64,000 nt of DNA, taken from positions 148,242,001 through 148,306,000 of the forward strand of contig NC_042999.1 in NCBI RefSeq assembly GCF_006345805.1, read 5' to 3'. The DNA is from Octopus sinensis. Taxonomy: Eukaryota. The notes below the pieces were generated by a model that saw only the letters and a program-made list of their open reading frames with translations, ran no database searches and was not told the origin of the DNA. The translations under genes and the position numbers were made by a program. Shown here in pieces: positions 62,626 to 64,000 of this stretch; position 1 is the first letter of the stretch; every line of letters begins with the position of its first letter.

Positions 62626-62715
62626 CCTCGGACAGGAATTTGGTTTTCTTGTGCTGCTTTTGTCACGCCTTCAAACCGTTTCAGGCTTTCTTCAATGGAA
62701 CAATTGATATTTTTT
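62626..62715 (-). CDS. HMGCL: HMG-CoA lyase exon missed by the ORF track; 5' boundary uncertain
   Basis: [38 protein letters not shown]; joins the next exon as GGT (Gly). The acceptor is taken as the first AG after the pyrimidine tract. Confidence 0.88.
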
Positions 62716-63219
62716 CTTTTTTGTAGGAAATGAAAAAAAGAAAACAGAAACACAAAGATCATCATTATCCCATATCTAAAAGTTACAGAAAAAGAAAATA
62801 TCTACGGCAAATAAATACATGCCCCAGCATCTATTGTAGCTTTATTTATAGATCACATCTAACTATTGTTGCAATATGTTGACAAAATCTATTTCAACAA
62901 CTTTTGCACAAAAAAAAAAACCAACAAAAAGAAAAGAACATTAGGAAAACCTGCAGAAAAACCGCCCTCCGGGAGGTTTTCTGCTTACATTTGTATTGCA
63001 CACTGATATTATATACACATATAGATGTGATACATAGATTATAAAGTAAATTGACAATATGCACATGAATTGAACAAAGATTCTGTGATAGTTTATTCTG
63101 TAATCAGTAAAATAATCCATGATTAATATTTATAATTTCTTCAATGTAATATGACTTTTCTAAAACATGGGGAAAAAAAAAAATGAAAATAGTCCCACAC
63201 TTCTTCAATCATATGATAG

Positions 63220-63268
<49 letters not shown>

Positions 63269-64000
63269 TTTTTTTCTTTCCGCTTTATTATATTTTTTAC
63301 AGAGATGTACATGCATAGCAAGTGACATCATGTGAGATAGTGTATATCTATCTATCTAGCTTTCTCTCTCTCTCCCTCATATATATATATATATATATGT
63401 ACACACACATACACCTACTCACATTTATGATTTTTTTCTTAGGCATAGCGATACTAATAGCCTACTGTTAGAACCCAATATACATATGGTTTAGAGTAAA
63501 GTGTTGGGTAAGTACACGGCATAATATCAATTATAATGAAACAGGAATTACATAATCAACTTTATTAGCTTACAGCTGTTTCTGCAACAAGAAGTCGTGC
63601 ATAACATTCCCATTGAATGGGACACCAGTTCATCATTGGACAAGTGTCCCATTCTGCTGAGTGGACTGGAGCAATGTGAAATGAAATGTTTTGCTTGCTC
63701 AAGAACACAATGCACTGCCTAGTCTGGGACTCGAAACTATAAGTTTGTAATGAGTTTAACACCCTAGCCACTAAGCTATATATAATATACCATCCGATCG
63801 TGGCCGTTTGCCAGCCTTGTCTGGCACGTAAAAAGCACCCACTACACTCATAGAGTGGTTGGCATTAGGAAGGGCATCCAGCCGTAGAAACACTGCCAGA
63901 TCAAACTGGGCCTGGTGCAGCCTTCTGTGTTCCCAGACCCCAGTTGAACCATCCAACCCATGCCAGCATGGAAAGCGGACGCTAAACGATGATGATGATG

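Noticed and set aside
62800-62840. Minus-strand IDAGA as the missing upstream HMGCL exon
   Set aside because: The frame continues CIYLP* with no EV.IF.AASE-like motif and no fitting splice sites.
62952-62984. Hairpin resembling a bacterial intrinsic terminator (GCAGAAAAACCGCCCTCCGGGAGGTTTTCTGC)
   Set aside because: Short and imperfect, in a eukaryotic intron with no bacterial context.

Overview
AT-rich metazoan genomic DNA dominated by transposons and microsatellites. The tRNA/CORE-type SINEs, (TA)n/(TAA)n load and LINE mix resemble an octopus (coleoid cephalopod) genome; that assignment is inference. The only confidently recognisable host gene is HMGCL (hydroxymethylglutaryl-CoA lyase) on the minus strand: five 3' exons (62626-62715, 61129-61192, 59635-59823, 57719-57844, 53515-53616) splice in frame, and the 5' exons lie beyond 64000. 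The rest is R4/Dong-type LINEs in (TAA)n tracts, Penelope-like elements (PLEs), a CR1, RTE and Tx1 remnants, Tc1/mariner elements, MITEs, a non-autonomous Helitron, LTR-like segments and several SINE families. Best second-look items: (1) a GACGTCA[TC]-N11-CCAAT module with invariant spacing seen 9 times, in a PLE terminus and a tandem array; (2) minimal type-I hammerhead folds at PLE ends, including U3-A8 core swaps and one inside a 129-bp palindrome; (3) a SINE expanded into a 6-unit array inside one target-site duplication (TSD); (4) a SINE/CR1 3' stem-loop with compensatory changes; (5) an HMGCL intron absent from the human gene with an AAG acceptor, and a PTS1-like C-terminus. No CRISPR array, rRNA or intact tRNA gene was found. 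All analysis was by eye, so repeat boundaries are approximate.
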